DNA of 64,000 nucleotides from Candidatus Latescibacterota bacterium (GCA_965204745.1 OZ242010.1:3456001-3520000); one strand, 5' to 3'; positions 1-10,050 are shown, counted from the stretch's first letter. Notes: generated from the sequence alone by a model not told the origin. Translations and numbers: made by a program.

Positions 1-1267
1 TTGGATCACATCCTCCATAGTGGTAATTGGCAGGTCGTTGCCGCAAATAAAAGCCCATAAGTTCCAGTGAGAAACGAGATATATAGACCTTATCTCCTTC
101 TCGTACGCGGTTTTCCAACGCGGCGATGACGCCCTTGACGTCGTATGTTTCGCGATATGGTTTGTCCGTTTTAATGGCGTCCACGGCCGTTAGCGCGATG
201 ACGCTTACCGCCAAAGCCAAACAGCCCCGACGGCCCCACGCGGGCAAAAGATCCGCTACCGAATGAAGCGCGTGCCCAAACGCCAAAAAGATAATCGGCC
301 CCAGATAGATACATTGCCGAATATCGCCCAAAGGATAATACCGTAGCAGGGCCGCGAATATTGCGATGACGAGAGACAATGCGAACAACAGCGGAATCGC
401 ACCATGGCGAAAGCCCCTCCAAAAACCGACCGCCAAAGCCGCAGCGAATGCGGCGATCAGCGGCATGACGATCCCGTCCGGCAGATGATAGGCCAAGAGC
501 CACTCCGTCCGAGAAAGCGCGAACGCGAGCATCGAACCCTGCTCGGGCGCGTAGTAATACTGCGAAAGATAGTATGCAGCGAAGCCCGTTCCCCATTGAT
601 ACTGCAATGTGACCGCGTAGGTGATGACACATCCAGTCGCGAAAAACGCGACCGGGCAAATGAGGGCCTTGCACCGCGCCAGAGGGGGGAGACCATCCTT
701 CGTCCTGTTGAACACCAGCGTGCCCAAGACCGCAACCGAAAAAAGAACGAGCCCATACTGAACGAGGGGTGACAAAAACAAAGCTGTACAAAGCAACACT
801 TGCTTGCGGTCTCGCAGATACGCCAGTGCCCCGACGATCAGCAGTGCGACGATGAGCGCGTCAATGGAGTATTCCCGCACATCTTGGGCATGGTCTATCG
901 CCGCACTCGAAAGCGTCGCCATCAGGGCTGCCAAAAATGCCGCCGAGCGGCGGACGCCGACGCGTGGCAAAAGAAAAAGCAACACAAAAACGGTTCCTGT
1001 GCTCGCAGCCGCCGGCACGAGGCGAACGCTAAATGGCGAGCTCTCCACTTTCTGAACGCCCCACAAGACCAATGGATAGAGGACGGGTGAGGAGTGTCTG
1101 CGGTTGCATCCGATGACCGCCAAAAATGAGTCGTTTCTCGAACAATTGGCCGTCGCGGCCTCATCGTACCGCAAAGAGTTTTCCGACAATTCATGAAAGC
1201 GCGAACCCGTCGCGACAATGAGCAGGGCGATGCAGGCCAAATAGTACAACTTATTGTCGTTCTTCAT
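1..1267 (-). CDS. GT-C fold (PMT/GT39-like) membrane glycosyltransferase, 3' end outside the window
   Basis: Not in the ORF track; translated by hand from ATG 1267: MKNDNKLYYLACIALLIVATGSRFHELSENSLRYDEAAT...HSSPVLYPLVLW...AQDVREYS. Has the 'DE' motif after TM1, many hydrophobic helices, and stays open to the window edge. Confidence 0.75.
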   Translation of the reverse strand, partial: MKNDNKLYYLACIALLIVATGSRFHELSENSLRYDEAATANCSRNDSFLAVIGCNRRHSSPVLYPLVLWGVQKVESSPFSVRLVPAAASTGTVFVLLFLLPRVGVRRSAAFLAALMATLSSAAIDHAQDVREYSIDALIVALLIVGALAYLRDRKQVLLCTALFLSPLVQYGLVLFSVAVLGTLVFNRTKDGLPPLARCKALICPVAFFATGCVITYAVTLQYQWGTGFAAYYLSQYYYAPEQGSMLAFALSRTEWLLAYHLPDGIVMPLIAAFAAALAVGFWRGFRHGAIPLLFALSLVIAIFAALLRYYPLGDIRQCIYLGPIIFLAFGHALHSVADLLPAWGRRGCLALAVSVIALTAVDAIKTDKPYRETYDVKGVIAALENRVREGDKVYISRFSLELMGFYLRQRPANYHYGGCDP

Positions 1268-1698
1268 CTAAATAGCCCTTCACAGTATGCGACAAAACGC
1301 ACCTCTGTGAATCTATGGATGGTACAACTGCGATGGCAGTTCATCGACGAAGTGCGGCGGGTTTGGGGTTGTTGAGCGGGGTTCATGTATTGACCGGTTC
1401 GCAATACCAGACCAATATATGTGCCACCTGCGTCATCGTCAACCCCTGGTCCCAAATCCCCGAGACGCAGAGGTGGCGCGTATCCGCATGGCCGGGAAAG
1501 GATGATGCGCTTTGAGGCGCGGCTTGCGGAAATTTTAATCCGGCTGTATCTTCATACCGCGTCGCCCCGCGTCGCCGGGCCGTGGAGAGGATGTCGCAGG
1601 TGATGGCGGCGATTTTCATTTTTCTCCGTACTCGCATTTAATTTTGTCGGCGACGGTCTGCGGACGTAGCCGATCCGTATTCACGTTAGGAGACGACT

Positions 1699-2445
1699 AT
1701 GGAACTTCGACAAAACCGAGTCAAACGCAAATTGCAACGCGGCGAACGAGTTTATGTGGCGTCCGGATTTACGCACGCCGACGACATCGACGCGTTTGGC
1801 CCGGCGGGTTTTGATGGCATCTGGATCGAGGGCGAGCACGGCGCGATGGCCTTCGACGACTTGGGCAATCTCACGCGCGCCTGCGACCTGTGGGGCATGA
1901 CGTCGATTGTGCGCGTCAACCGCAATGACCAAACCCTCATTTATCGCGTCTTGGATCGGGGCGCGCAGGGCATTGTGGTGCCGCATGTCAACACGCGGAA
2001 AGAAGCGGAAAACGTGGTCGCGGGCGGGCGGTTCGCGCCTATCGGTCAGCGCGGCATGTTCGTCAGCCGGCAAGGCTATGGGGTCGCGGATTATTTTGCC
2101 AAGGCCAATGACGAGGTGTTGCTCACCGTGTTGATCGAAGACATTGTCGCCGTGGAAAATTTAGACGAAATCCTGACCGTCGATCAGATCGACGTGTTCT
2201 TTGTCGCGCCTTCGGATCTGGGCGCGTCAATGGGATATATCCACGATCTGCAACACGCCGATGTGCAACAGACAATAGACCGCGCACTCGCAAAGATCAT
2301 CGCCTCTGGGCGCGTCGCAGGGACGATGACCACCTCGGACAATGTGGGCAAATTCGCCGCGGCAGGCGTGCAGATGTTGCTCGTCAACTGCACGGGATGG
2401 TTGCACGACGGCGCGAAGACCTTTGTGGCGCGGGCAGGTGAATAG
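1699..2445 (+). CDS. HpcH/HpaI aldolase family protein
   Basis: GFDGIWIEGEHG, LDRGAQGIVVPHV, IED and FVAPSDL motifs; SD AGGAG upstream. Confidence 0.9.
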   Translation: MELRQNRVKRKLQRGERVYVASGFTHADDIDAFGPAGFDGIWIEGEHGAMAFDDLGNLTRACDLWGMTSIVRVNRNDQTLIYRVLDRGAQGIVVPHVNTRKEAENVVAGGRFAPIGQRGMFVSRQGYGVADYFAKANDEVLLTVLIEDIVAVENLDEILTVDQIDVFFVAPSDLGASMGYIHDLQHADVQQTIDRALAKIIASGRVAGTMTTSDNVGKFAAAGVQMLLVNCTGWLHDGAKTFVARAGE

Positions 2446-2496
2446 ACGGGAGAGGTGAGACGTGAGAAGGCCACCCAACAGCCCCGCCACCGCCCA

Positions 2497-2554
2497 AGTA
2501 GTCAGTGGTCAGTGGTCAGTGGTCAGTGGTCAGTGGTCAGTGGTCAGTGGTCAG
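2497..2554 (+). repeat. Heptamer tandem array AGTAGTC + (AGTGGTC)x7
   Basis: Directly visible. Confidence 0.97.
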
Positions 2555-2589
2555 CCCTCGCCCAACCACCCAAAAGGCGAGAAACGAAT

Positions 2590-2618
2590 GTAGGGGCGGT
2601 GCCCCTGTGCCCGCCTAC
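2590..2618 (+). repeat. GTAG-type REP-like palindrome (relatives at ~3686, ~3747, ~24922, ~25898, ~53541, and inverted at ~54690)
   Basis: GTAGGGGCGGTGCCCCTGTGCCCGCCTAC: GTAG followed by a GC-rich hairpin, dispersed in intergenic regions. Confidence 0.75.
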
Positions 2619-2686
2619 TGATCGACCCCGAGCAACGATCAGTTGTACCCCCGTTCCGTTGTATCCATTTACGAGAGGAGAAGAAA

Positions 2687-3073
2687 ATGAAGATCGAACA
2701 CATTGCTTTTGTGGTTGATGATCCCGAGGTCGTCGCAAAATGGTATTGCGATAACTTGGGCATGCACGTGGTGCGCCAAGGGCCGCCACCCATCAAGATG
2801 ACGTTTTTGGCCGATTCGGCCGGGCAGACGATGTACGAGCTTTACGCCCAACCCGAAGTCGAGACCCCAGATTACGCGTCGATGCACCACCTCGCGTTGC
2901 ATTTCGCGTATTACGCCGAAGACCTCGAAGCCACGTTTGAACACCTGAAAGCCGCAGGCGCGACCGTCGTGCAAGCCCCAACGCCCAATGACTCAGGCGA
3001 CACCCTCGCCATGCTGCGCGATCCCTGGGGCATCTGCGTGCAACTGGTCAATCGAAAGGAGAAGATGCTTTGA
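2687..3073 (+). CDS. VOC/glyoxalase family protein
   Basis: IEHIAFVV...WYCDNLG...HFAY...DPWGICVQL. Confidence 0.9.
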   Translation: MKIEHIAFVVDDPEVVAKWYCDNLGMHVVRQGPPPIKMTFLADSAGQTMYELYAQPEVETPDYASMHHLALHFAYYAEDLEATFEHLKAAGATVVQAPTPNDSGDTLAMLRDPWGICVQLVNRKEKML

Positions 3074-3074
3074 A

Positions 3075-3149
3075 GTGAGATGGGAGACGGAAGAGGCAAG
3101 AGGTGAGAGGCGAGAGGTGAGAGGCGAGAGGTGAGAGGCAAGAGGCGAC
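3075..3149 (+). repeat. Degenerate heptamer array (GAGGYGA/GAGGCAA), about 10 units
   Basis: Directly visible right after the VOC stop codon; inverted copy at 3703-3730. Confidence 0.9.
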
Positions 3150-3179
3150 AGGGCATGGAAGGATATAGCGGCGGGAATT

Positions 3180-3634
3180 GGGACCTACCCCCTAACCCCC
3201 TTCCTAAGAGGAAGGGGGAATGGCGAGAGGTTTTGCGAGGGATTGCGCGAGGGGGTTTGGGTTTCTATGGCGTGATCCATTCGCCCAAAGCCATCGAAAC
3301 AGCCAGGGAGACAAACCGTCAAAAAGCCATGCGCTCCCCTTTCCTCGTAGGAAAGGGGCCGGGGGATAGGTCGCTTTTTCATGGCATTATCCATTCGCGC
3401 AAAGCCATCGAAACAGCCAGGGAGACAAACCGTCAAAAAGCCCTGTGCCCCCCTTTCCTCGTAGGAAAGGGGCCGGGGGATAGGTCGCTTTTTCATGGCA
3501 TTATCCATTCGCGCAAAGCCATCGAAACAGCCAGGGAGACAAACCGTCAAAAAGCCATGCGCTCCCCCTTTCATCGTAGGCACAGGCGTAGCCTACAATG
3601 AGCGAAGCGAATAATGGAGGCCGGGGGGATAGGG
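3180..3634 (+). repeat. Palindromic REP/MITE-like cassette (GGGACCTAYCCCC...GGGGATAGG) with an internal 114-bp tandem amplification (~2.6 copies)
   Basis: Unit starts at 3275, 3389 and 3503; hairpin CCCCTTTCCTCGTAGGAAAGGGG; homologous cassettes at ~24704, 29700, 35176, 50443, 53620 and 54784. Confidence 0.9.
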
Positions 3635-3819
3635 TATGGCGACAGGACATGGAAGGACACAACGCAGGGGAACGATGAAGCGGCGGTAGGGCGGTGGGGC
3701 GGTCTCACCTCTTACTTCTTGCCTCTTACTTGGGGATAGGGCTTGCGGTAGGGCGGTTGGGCACGCACGGGCGGATGGGCGGAGCGGACAGACACGCATT
3801 TTCCCGAAAGGAGATCAAA

Positions 3820-6228
3820 ATGGTTCGCATGACCGATACCACAGACTTGCGGGCGCCGGAACTTCCGGGCGCTGAAAACGACATGAGTCGTCGCTATCTT
3901 CGGATGATCGAACAGTGGATTCCAACCGGCGTCGGGTATTTTGCCAACTGGCCCGATCGCCCCAACTGCGGGCATTTTTTTGGCGGGTGCCACTGGTATG
4001 GGATCGAGACCATCAGTTGTGCAGAGACCTTTGCTTATGCCAGCACGTCGCCCGAATACGACTCGGCGACCACAGGCGTGTCCCGCGAAGCCCTGTGCGA
4101 GATGGCGATTCAAGGGGTGCGGTACTTGTGCTTCACGCACGATTCCGGGCCCGAAGACTGCGTGCGTCCCCAACGGGGATTGGGCCGCGAGGAAAATTGC
4201 GGCACCAAGTGGGGCGAACGGGGCAAGGGCTTTTTCCGGGAGAGCCAGTGCGGTAGCACGGTTGCCGGGTTGGCGCGCGTGTGTTTGCTTCTGCGGGATT
4301 GGATCGACGAGGAAACGTGGATGATGGTCGCCCGCGTACATGAGGACTACGCCGCGCGATTCGGCAACATGTCCCCCAAAAGCGGGGTGTACACGGACAC
4401 GCAGATGGAAGAAAATGCGTGGACTTCGCACGGGCTTGCGTCTTGTGTCCTGTTTTTGTCTGGACACGCGGATGCCGCGCATTGGGAGGGCACGGCCCGC
4501 AGGTGGATGTTTTCCGCATGCGCCACGCCCCAAGACGCCAAGGACTTCGGGCGAGTGGGCGATGAAACGGCCCGCGCCCTGACCGGGAAAATTTTCACCA
4601 CCCTGCCCGATTACTTTGCGGAGAACCACGGGATGGTGCATCCCAGTTACACGGCTTCGGGCATTTCCCCGCTGATGAGCGTGGGCTGTTTGTACCGGCT
4701 TTGGGGCCGCGACTTGCCGCCGGAACTCTTTTGGAATCGCCGGCGGATCTACGAGAATTTGAAGGCGTTGACCGACGGTGGCGGGTATGCCCAAGCGGTT
4801 CAGGGCATGGACTGGCACTACTTGAATATTTTTGCGAGCACCGCGGCGCACGCGATAGCCGCGGTGTTTTTCGACGACGCGGATGCGGCTGCGATGGAAC
4901 GCTTGGGATTGGAAAATGCCGAGCGGCGTCAGCGGGGCAATGCCGGGCGCATGTACGACAAGGACTTCGCGCTGAAAGCACGCGACCAGCAAGACCCGAT
5001 GATCATGCGCGAGGTCACGATTTCGGGCGCGGCAGGGCTGTATCTGTTGCACCGCTTGTTTGGACCTGGGCCATCGCCCGCGCCGCGCGCAGAGACAGAG
5101 GCCCGACTGGCGGGCGTCCGCACATTTCCCCACGCCGGGTTTGTCCACCACAGGCATCCGCGCGGGCAGACTTCGTTTGCCTGGCGCAATTCGATTATGG
5201 CCCTGCCCCTCACGCGAGAGGGGATTTACGCGATCTCCCCGTGTTCGGACACCTGGCTCGGCAAGCCGGTTGTGCGAGACCGCCCGGACAGCCACCGCCT
5301 CAAGGCGATCCGCGTCGCCGAATACGACGACGGCTTTGCCGCCGCGCTGGCGATGCACCGGTGCCAGGAATCCCTGCGCCAGCAAGTGCTCTTTGCCAGT
5401 TTGCCAGACGGGCGCGCCCTGTCATTTGAAAGGTTCGTCGCGCTGGAAGATTTGGTGTTGGAGGGATTGGACCAGGGGTTTTTACGCATCACCAACGAGC
5501 ACTTTCCGCTGATGGCGCCCAACTGCCGCGGGGAGCGCGTGCTCTATCGCGCCGAGGGCGAAACCCGATACGCGGGTTGGCACGGCGAATCCGAATCGGA
5601 CGATGTGATCGACCACTTGGGCCGTCCCGCGTGGCTCAATGTGGACGACCGCTTGGGCATTCGCTTTCGCGGGAATGGCGAGGCGGTTTATCACAATCGG
5701 CACTTTTTTGATCCGTATCGGGCCATTGCCGACGATCTCACGCTCTCCCGATTCGAGGGTGAAAGACCGCTTCGGGCGGGCGAAGAAGCGGGTCGCTTGA
5801 GCGCGTTGCTGCTGCCCGAACAGGTCGCTGCTGATACGCCTGACGCTGTCTTTGAAATTCTGAGTGGCCCGGATGATGGCATCGGTTTGCTGACCGAGGG
5901 GTTTTTGGCTGCTGCGAATTTCGCGCCCACGCACCAGATCTGCGCGTTTGGCATGGGCAAAACCGAATCCGTGCCGGTTTTTCCCGGCGCGGTGCTCGAA
6001 ACGCAGGGCGATCAGGTGAGCTATCGCGTGCCTATCGAAGGCGCGTCTGCCCGCTTGCTCCGCGCAACTTACGCGCTGAAGCTAAAAGGCGATGCGCGCA
6101 TAGACGCCCTGCCGGACGGGGCACTTTACGTTTTCAGTTCAGAGGGCGCCGAGGTGAGTGTCGCGCAGGGCGATGCCTCCGAGCGCGTGCATACCATCGG
6201 CCGCGGCCAAGCCAAGCGCATTGCCTAA
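3820..6228 (+). CDS. Large uncharacterised protein (~800 aa), possibly carbohydrate-lyase-like fold
   Basis: SD AAGGAG before ATG 3820; host-like coding; helical N-half with ENHGMVHPSY, beta-rich C-half; function not recognised. Confidence 0.6.
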   Translation: MVRMTDTTDLRAPELPGAENDMSRRYLRMIEQWIPTGVGYFANWPDRPNCGHFFGGCHWYGIETISCAETFAYASTSPEYDSATTGVSREALCEMAIQGVRYLCFTHDSGPEDCVRPQRGLGREENCGTKWGERGKGFFRESQCGSTVAGLARVCLLLRDWIDEETWMMVARVHEDYAARFGNMSPKSGVYTDTQMEENAWTSHGLASCVLFLSGHADAAHWEGTARRWMFSACATPQDAKDFGRVGDETARALTGKIFTTLPDYFAENHGMVHPSYTASGISPLMSVGCLYRLWGRDLPPELFWNRRRIYENLKALTDGGGYAQAVQGMDWHYLNIFASTAAHAIAAVFFDDADAAAMERLGLENAERRQRGNAGRMYDKDFALKARDQQDPMIMREVTISGAAGLYLLHRLFGPGPSPAPRAETEARLAGVRTFPHAGFVHHRHPRGQTSFAWRNSIMALPLTREGIYAISPCSDTWLGKPVVRDRPDSHRLKAIRVAEYDDGFAAALAMHRCQESLRQQVLFASLPDGRALSFERFVALEDLVLEGLDQGFLRITNEHFPLMAPNCRGERVLYRAEGETRYAGWHGESESDDVIDHLGRPAWLNVDDRLGIRFRGNGEAVYHNRHFFDPYRAIADDLTLSRFEGERPLRAGEEAGRLSALLLPEQVAADTPDAVFEILSGPDDGIGLLTEGFLAAANFAPTHQICAFGMGKTESVPVFPGAVLETQGDQVSYRVPIEGASARLLRATYALKLKGDARIDALPDGALYVFSSEGAEVSVAQGDASERVHTIGRGQAKRIA

Positions 6229-6239
6229 AAGGAGGAGAA

Positions 6240-7010
6240 ATGCAGCGCGAACTCACGATCAGGCCCCGCTATTATCGCTGGTATGTCGATCCGGGGGTGA
6301 TTTGGGCCGAGGTGAACACGAGGTACGATCAGGTGGATTGGGAAATCCCTATCGCCCAAACGGCGCTGGTGCTGGTCGATGTGTGGTCGCACCACTACCT
6401 GAAAGACACGGAAGCCCGCTCCGAGGCCATCGTGTGCAACGAGATCGTCCCCCTGCTCGACGCCTGCCGAAAAGCGGACATGCCCATCGTTCACACGCCC
6501 TCCCCGCGCTTGGCCGAAGCGCATCCGTCATGGATAAATCCGATTGGGGATGAGGCACGCGCCGCTGACAGGGGCGATTGGCCCCCGCCCGCGTTTCTCA
6601 AAAAATCCGGAGACTTTGAACAATACGCACGGCCCATCGAACCCCGCGAGGGAGAATTGCAAGAGATCCGATCCAGACTCGAGATGCACCCGTTGGTACA
6701 GGTCGAAGCGCGAGAGGCCGTCATCGCCACGGGCGAAGAACTCCACCGCTGGTGCGCGCAACGAGGCGTTCTCTTTCTCTTTTACCTCGGCTTCAATACC
6801 AACGCCTGCGTTTTGATGCGGGACTACGGCACGCTGGCGATGAGCCGCCGCGGGTATGACGTGATCATCCTGCGAGATTGCACCACGGGAATGGAGTCCT
6901 TTGAAACGCACGACGACCTCACGCAGACGCGGGGCGCCGTGCTTTTCTTGGAAATGTTCGGCCACTATTCCACGACATCGGATGAACTGATCGCGGGGTT
7001 GCCAGGCTGA
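6240..7010 (+). CDS. Isochorismatase-like cysteine hydrolase
   Basis: TALVLVDVW, GFNTNACV and ILRDCTT motifs; SD AGGAGG. Confidence 0.85.
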   Translation: MQRELTIRPRYYRWYVDPGVIWAEVNTRYDQVDWEIPIAQTALVLVDVWSHHYLKDTEARSEAIVCNEIVPLLDACRKADMPIVHTPSPRLAEAHPSWINPIGDEARAADRGDWPPPAFLKKSGDFEQYARPIEPREGELQEIRSRLEMHPLVQVEAREAVIATGEELHRWCAQRGVLFLFYLGFNTNACVLMRDYGTLAMSRRGYDVIILRDCTTGMESFETHDDLTQTRGAVLFLEMFGHYSTTSDELIAGLPG

Positions 7011-7014
7011 GTTT

Positions 7015-9978
7015 ATGTCATTTATCCGACCAAAAGCGCACATCCTCCGCGTGCAGATCGCCCTTGCCATCTGCGCGGGGACGGCATTGGGGCAAGGCGT
7101 GCCGCCGGACGAATCGTGGCGCACCCTCGACACCGAGCACTTTCGCATCCACTTTCCCGAGCACCTCGAAGCCCTGGGCCGCCGGGCCGCGGAGCGCGCG
7201 GAGTGGGCGTATGCGCGCTTGTCCGAGGAATTTCTCGAGGGGCCGCGCGGGACAATCGATCTGGTGGTCTCCGACCACGTCGATGTCTCGAATGGCTTTG
7301 CGACCGTGTGGCCGTCAAACCGCATCGTCATCTATGCCCGACCGCCTGTGGATAATTTCGGGCTCGCGTATTTCGACGACTATCTAAAAAACGTCATCGC
7401 CCATGAAGTGACGCACATCTTCCACATCGACCGGGTGGGTCGCTACAATTTGCGCCAAGTGTTCGGGCGCGTGCCGTTGCCGGTGGGCGCGTTTCCCGCG
7501 TACACCCTCCCGCGATGGGTACATGAAGGCATCGCCACCTGGTACGAATCCGCGCTGACCGGCACCGGGCGGGTGGAGGGCACCTTTCACGACATGGTCT
7601 TGCGAACAGCAACACGCGAAGGCCGCTTCGAGTCCATGGCCCAAGCAGGGGGCAACTCGCCGCAGTGGCCGGGGGGCACGCGGAGCTATGCTTATGGGTC
7701 GCTCTTTTTTGACCACCTCATCAAAAAATACGGGCGCGACCGGATGGTGGCCTTTGTCAAAGCCGTAGAGGAACAGCCGATCCCCTATCGCCTCAATGCC
7801 GCGGGCCGCCGCGCATTTGGCGTCACCTTGTCGAGCGCGTGGCAGGCGTGGGCAGATGCGCGATTGGAATCGGCGGCGACGCTGGACCGGGAACTCGCTG
7901 CGTTTGGCGCGATCACCGAGGCAGAGACCCTGACCCGCGGCGCCCGCTATGCGCGCCATCCCAAAATATCCCCGGATGGCGCGTCACTGGTCTATGTCCG
8001 CTCGGATGGCAGGTCGGATGTGCAAATAGTATCGACCGACCCAAATGGCGGCGACGAAGCCACAATCGCGCTGACCACCGGGGGCGCGTTCTCATTCGCG
8101 CCGAATGGCGATATCGTCTTCGCGGCGATTGATTTTGCGGACCGGTATCGGCAGTTCAGCGATCTCTACCGGGTGAGGCCGGGGCGTGCGGTCCAGCGCG
8201 TGACCGTAAATGCCCGGTTGACCGCGCCGTCGGTCGCCCCCGATAGTTGGGCAGTTGCCATAGCAGAAGGCCGGGGGACGAACGGATTGGCGCGGGTCGA
8301 TCTCCGCGATGGCAGTATTGAAATGCTGGCGCCGCCCAGGATGGAAGTCCACTGGGCGTACCCCGCGGTCTCGCCCGATGGCCGGTACATCGCCGCGACT
8401 CGCTGGACGGGCGGGCGGCACGACATCGTCATTCTCGATGCAACGGGCAAGCTCGTCTGCGAAGTGACGCGGGACAGGGCACTCGACTTTGCCCCTTCTT
8501 GGAGCGCGGACGGGCGATGGCTGGTCTGGTCGTCCGACCGCACGGGCATTCCCAATGTGCTGGCGGCCGAGGTGGATCGGGGAACGACGTCTCCCCCGGT
8601 GATGCTGACCAATGTCCGCACGGGCGCGGCGTTTCCAAGCGTGGACCCGTCCGGGCGGTGGCTCTATTTTTCTGGGTACCACGTCAATGGGTGGGAGGTA
8701 GAGCGCGTCCCCTTCAATCCCACCGATGCGCCGCGCGCGCCTCAACCGAGGGATGAACCGCACGCAGTCACCGCGGAAAGACCGACCGCCCACCTCGAGG
8801 GGCCGGCCCGTGCGTACTCGCCATTGCCGACCCTGCGGCCCTCCTACTGGTGGCTGGATGCGACTGGGCCGACAGCGATAAAATTCGCCACCTCAGAGGG
8901 GAAAACCTCCCGCGTCGCGGTCCTCGGCTACGCCATCGGCGCGCAAACCTCTGGCGTTGACCTCATGAACCGGCACGCTTATGCGGTTCGCGCTCGCGTT
9001 TTCCTGCCAGGCCCTTCGGGCATAAGGTCAGCGGGCCGGCTGTCTTACGTGTATCGCGGCTTGGGCAATCCCACGCTCGGCATATCCCTGTTGCAAAACT
9101 GGGACGGGGATGGCGCGAGAAGCCGACAGGGAAACGCGGCGCGGGATACGTTCTTCGTGCTCGAACGAGCGCGGGGCGTTGCCGTGTCGCTAACGCTGGC
9201 GCGACAAAAAATTCGCAGCGACTTATCGCTCGCGCTCTCCGGCGGGTTGGTGCGCGAAGATCGAGAAGTACTGGACCGCGCATTGCAGTTGACCGATCAG
9301 TTGCAACTCGACCGACCGAGCAACGCGCTGGGCGAAGTGTCGGCCCGCTTCTCTGCCTCCACCGCGAGATCGCACGCCTTTCAGATGGGCCGAGCGACCG
9401 GCGTGTCTTTCTCTGTCCGCGCCAGGCGCCGCAAGGACCTCAACGCACCCCCGGGGGAACCCGCGAGGGATCGATCATTCGATAGCGTCATCGGCATCTT
9501 CAGAACTTATGCACGGTTGCCCGGGCGACAATTTGCTGCGCCCGTGTTGGCCCTGCGGGCGAGCGCGGGGGCGGCGCGCGGGCCGGGCAGGGGCACCGGG
9601 TATTTTGACATCGGCGGGGCTACCGCACAACGCGCTTTTCCAGCGCGGGGCTACGAGACGACGACGCGATCCGGCCGCCGCGCCTGGGCCGCGTCTGTGG
9701 AGTACCGCGTGCCCATCGCGTTGATAAACCGCGGCCTGGGATCCTGGCCCCTGCACGCAGATCGACTCTTTGGATCGATCTTCATCGACGCCGCAGACGC
9801 TTGGGTCCCTAACGCATCGCAGCCGCGACCCCGGCCCCTGCTGTCCGCTGGCGCGGAGATCATCGCCGACACCGCCGCGCTCTACTTGTTCTCCATCCGC
9901 CTCCGCCTTGGCGCGGCGCGCAGGTTCACGGCACCGAGGGGATTCGGATATTACGGTCGGCTCGGTATGTCGTTTTGA
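7015..9978 (+). CDS. Secreted HExxH metallopeptidase-like domain + PD40/TolB propeller + Omp85/BamA-like barrel
   Basis: Signal peptide; AHEVTH...WVHEGIA; SPDG/SADG repeats; C-terminal beta strands ending in F. Confidence 0.75.
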   Translation: MSFIRPKAHILRVQIALAICAGTALGQGVPPDESWRTLDTEHFRIHFPEHLEALGRRAAERAEWAYARLSEEFLEGPRGTIDLVVSDHVDVSNGFATVWPSNRIVIYARPPVDNFGLAYFDDYLKNVIAHEVTHIFHIDRVGRYNLRQVFGRVPLPVGAFPAYTLPRWVHEGIATWYESALTGTGRVEGTFHDMVLRTATREGRFESMAQAGGNSPQWPGGTRSYAYGSLFFDHLIKKYGRDRMVAFVKAVEEQPIPYRLNAAGRRAFGVTLSSAWQAWADARLESAATLDRELAAFGAITEAETLTRGARYARHPKISPDGASLVYVRSDGRSDVQIVSTDPNGGDEATIALTTGGAFSFAPNGDIVFAAIDFADRYRQFSDLYRVRPGRAVQRVTVNARLTAPSVAPDSWAVAIAEGRGTNGLARVDLRDGSIEMLAPPRMEVHWAYPAVSPDGRYIAATRWTGGRHDIVILDATGKLVCEVTRDRALDFAPSWSADGRWLVWSSDRTGIPNVLAAEVDRGTTSPPVMLTNVRTGAAFPSVDPSGRWLYFSGYHVNGWEVERVPFNPTDAPRAPQPRDEPHAVTAERPTAHLEGPARAYSPLPTLRPSYWWLDATGPTAIKFATSEGKTSRVAVLGYAIGAQTSGVDLMNRHAYAVRARVFLPGPSGIRSAGRLSYVYRGLGNPTLGISLLQNWDGDGARSRQGNAARDTFFVLERARGVAVSLTLARQKIRSDLSLALSGGLVREDREVLDRALQLTDQLQLDRPSNALGEVSARFSASTARSHAFQMGRATGVSFSVRARRRKDLNAPPGEPARDRSFDSVIGIFRTYARLPGRQFAAPVLALRASAGAARGPGRGTGYFDIGGATAQRAFPARGYETTTRSGRRAWAASVEYRVPIALINRGLGSWPLHADRLFGSIFIDAADAWVPNASQPRPRPLLSAGAEIIADTAALYLFSIRLRLGAARRFTAPRGFGYYGRLGMSF

Positions 9979-10020
9979 ATGCCCCCCTCGCCCGGCGCGT
10001 GACAACAGAATAAAAAAGGC

Positions 10021-10050
10021 TTGACATGCCTATTTCAATGGCGTTATCAT
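10021..10050 (+). promoter_or_regulatory. sigma70-type promoter TTGACA-N18-TATCAT
   Basis: Near-consensus boxes with an A-rich upstream tract, ahead of the envelope operon. Confidence 0.65.

Noticed and set aside
1555-1625. Possible ncRNA or riboswitch upstream of the aldolase
   Set aside because: Only a loose GC hairpin plus T-run; no recognisable family motif.
3275-3580. Possible CRISPR array
   Set aside because: Whole 114-bp units repeat with no unique spacers, and no cas genes are present.
3131-3601. ORFs of 156/132 aa and similar ORFs at 24566, 29705, 35161, 53487 and 54689
   Set aside because: They are translations of the REP/MITE and heptamer repeats.
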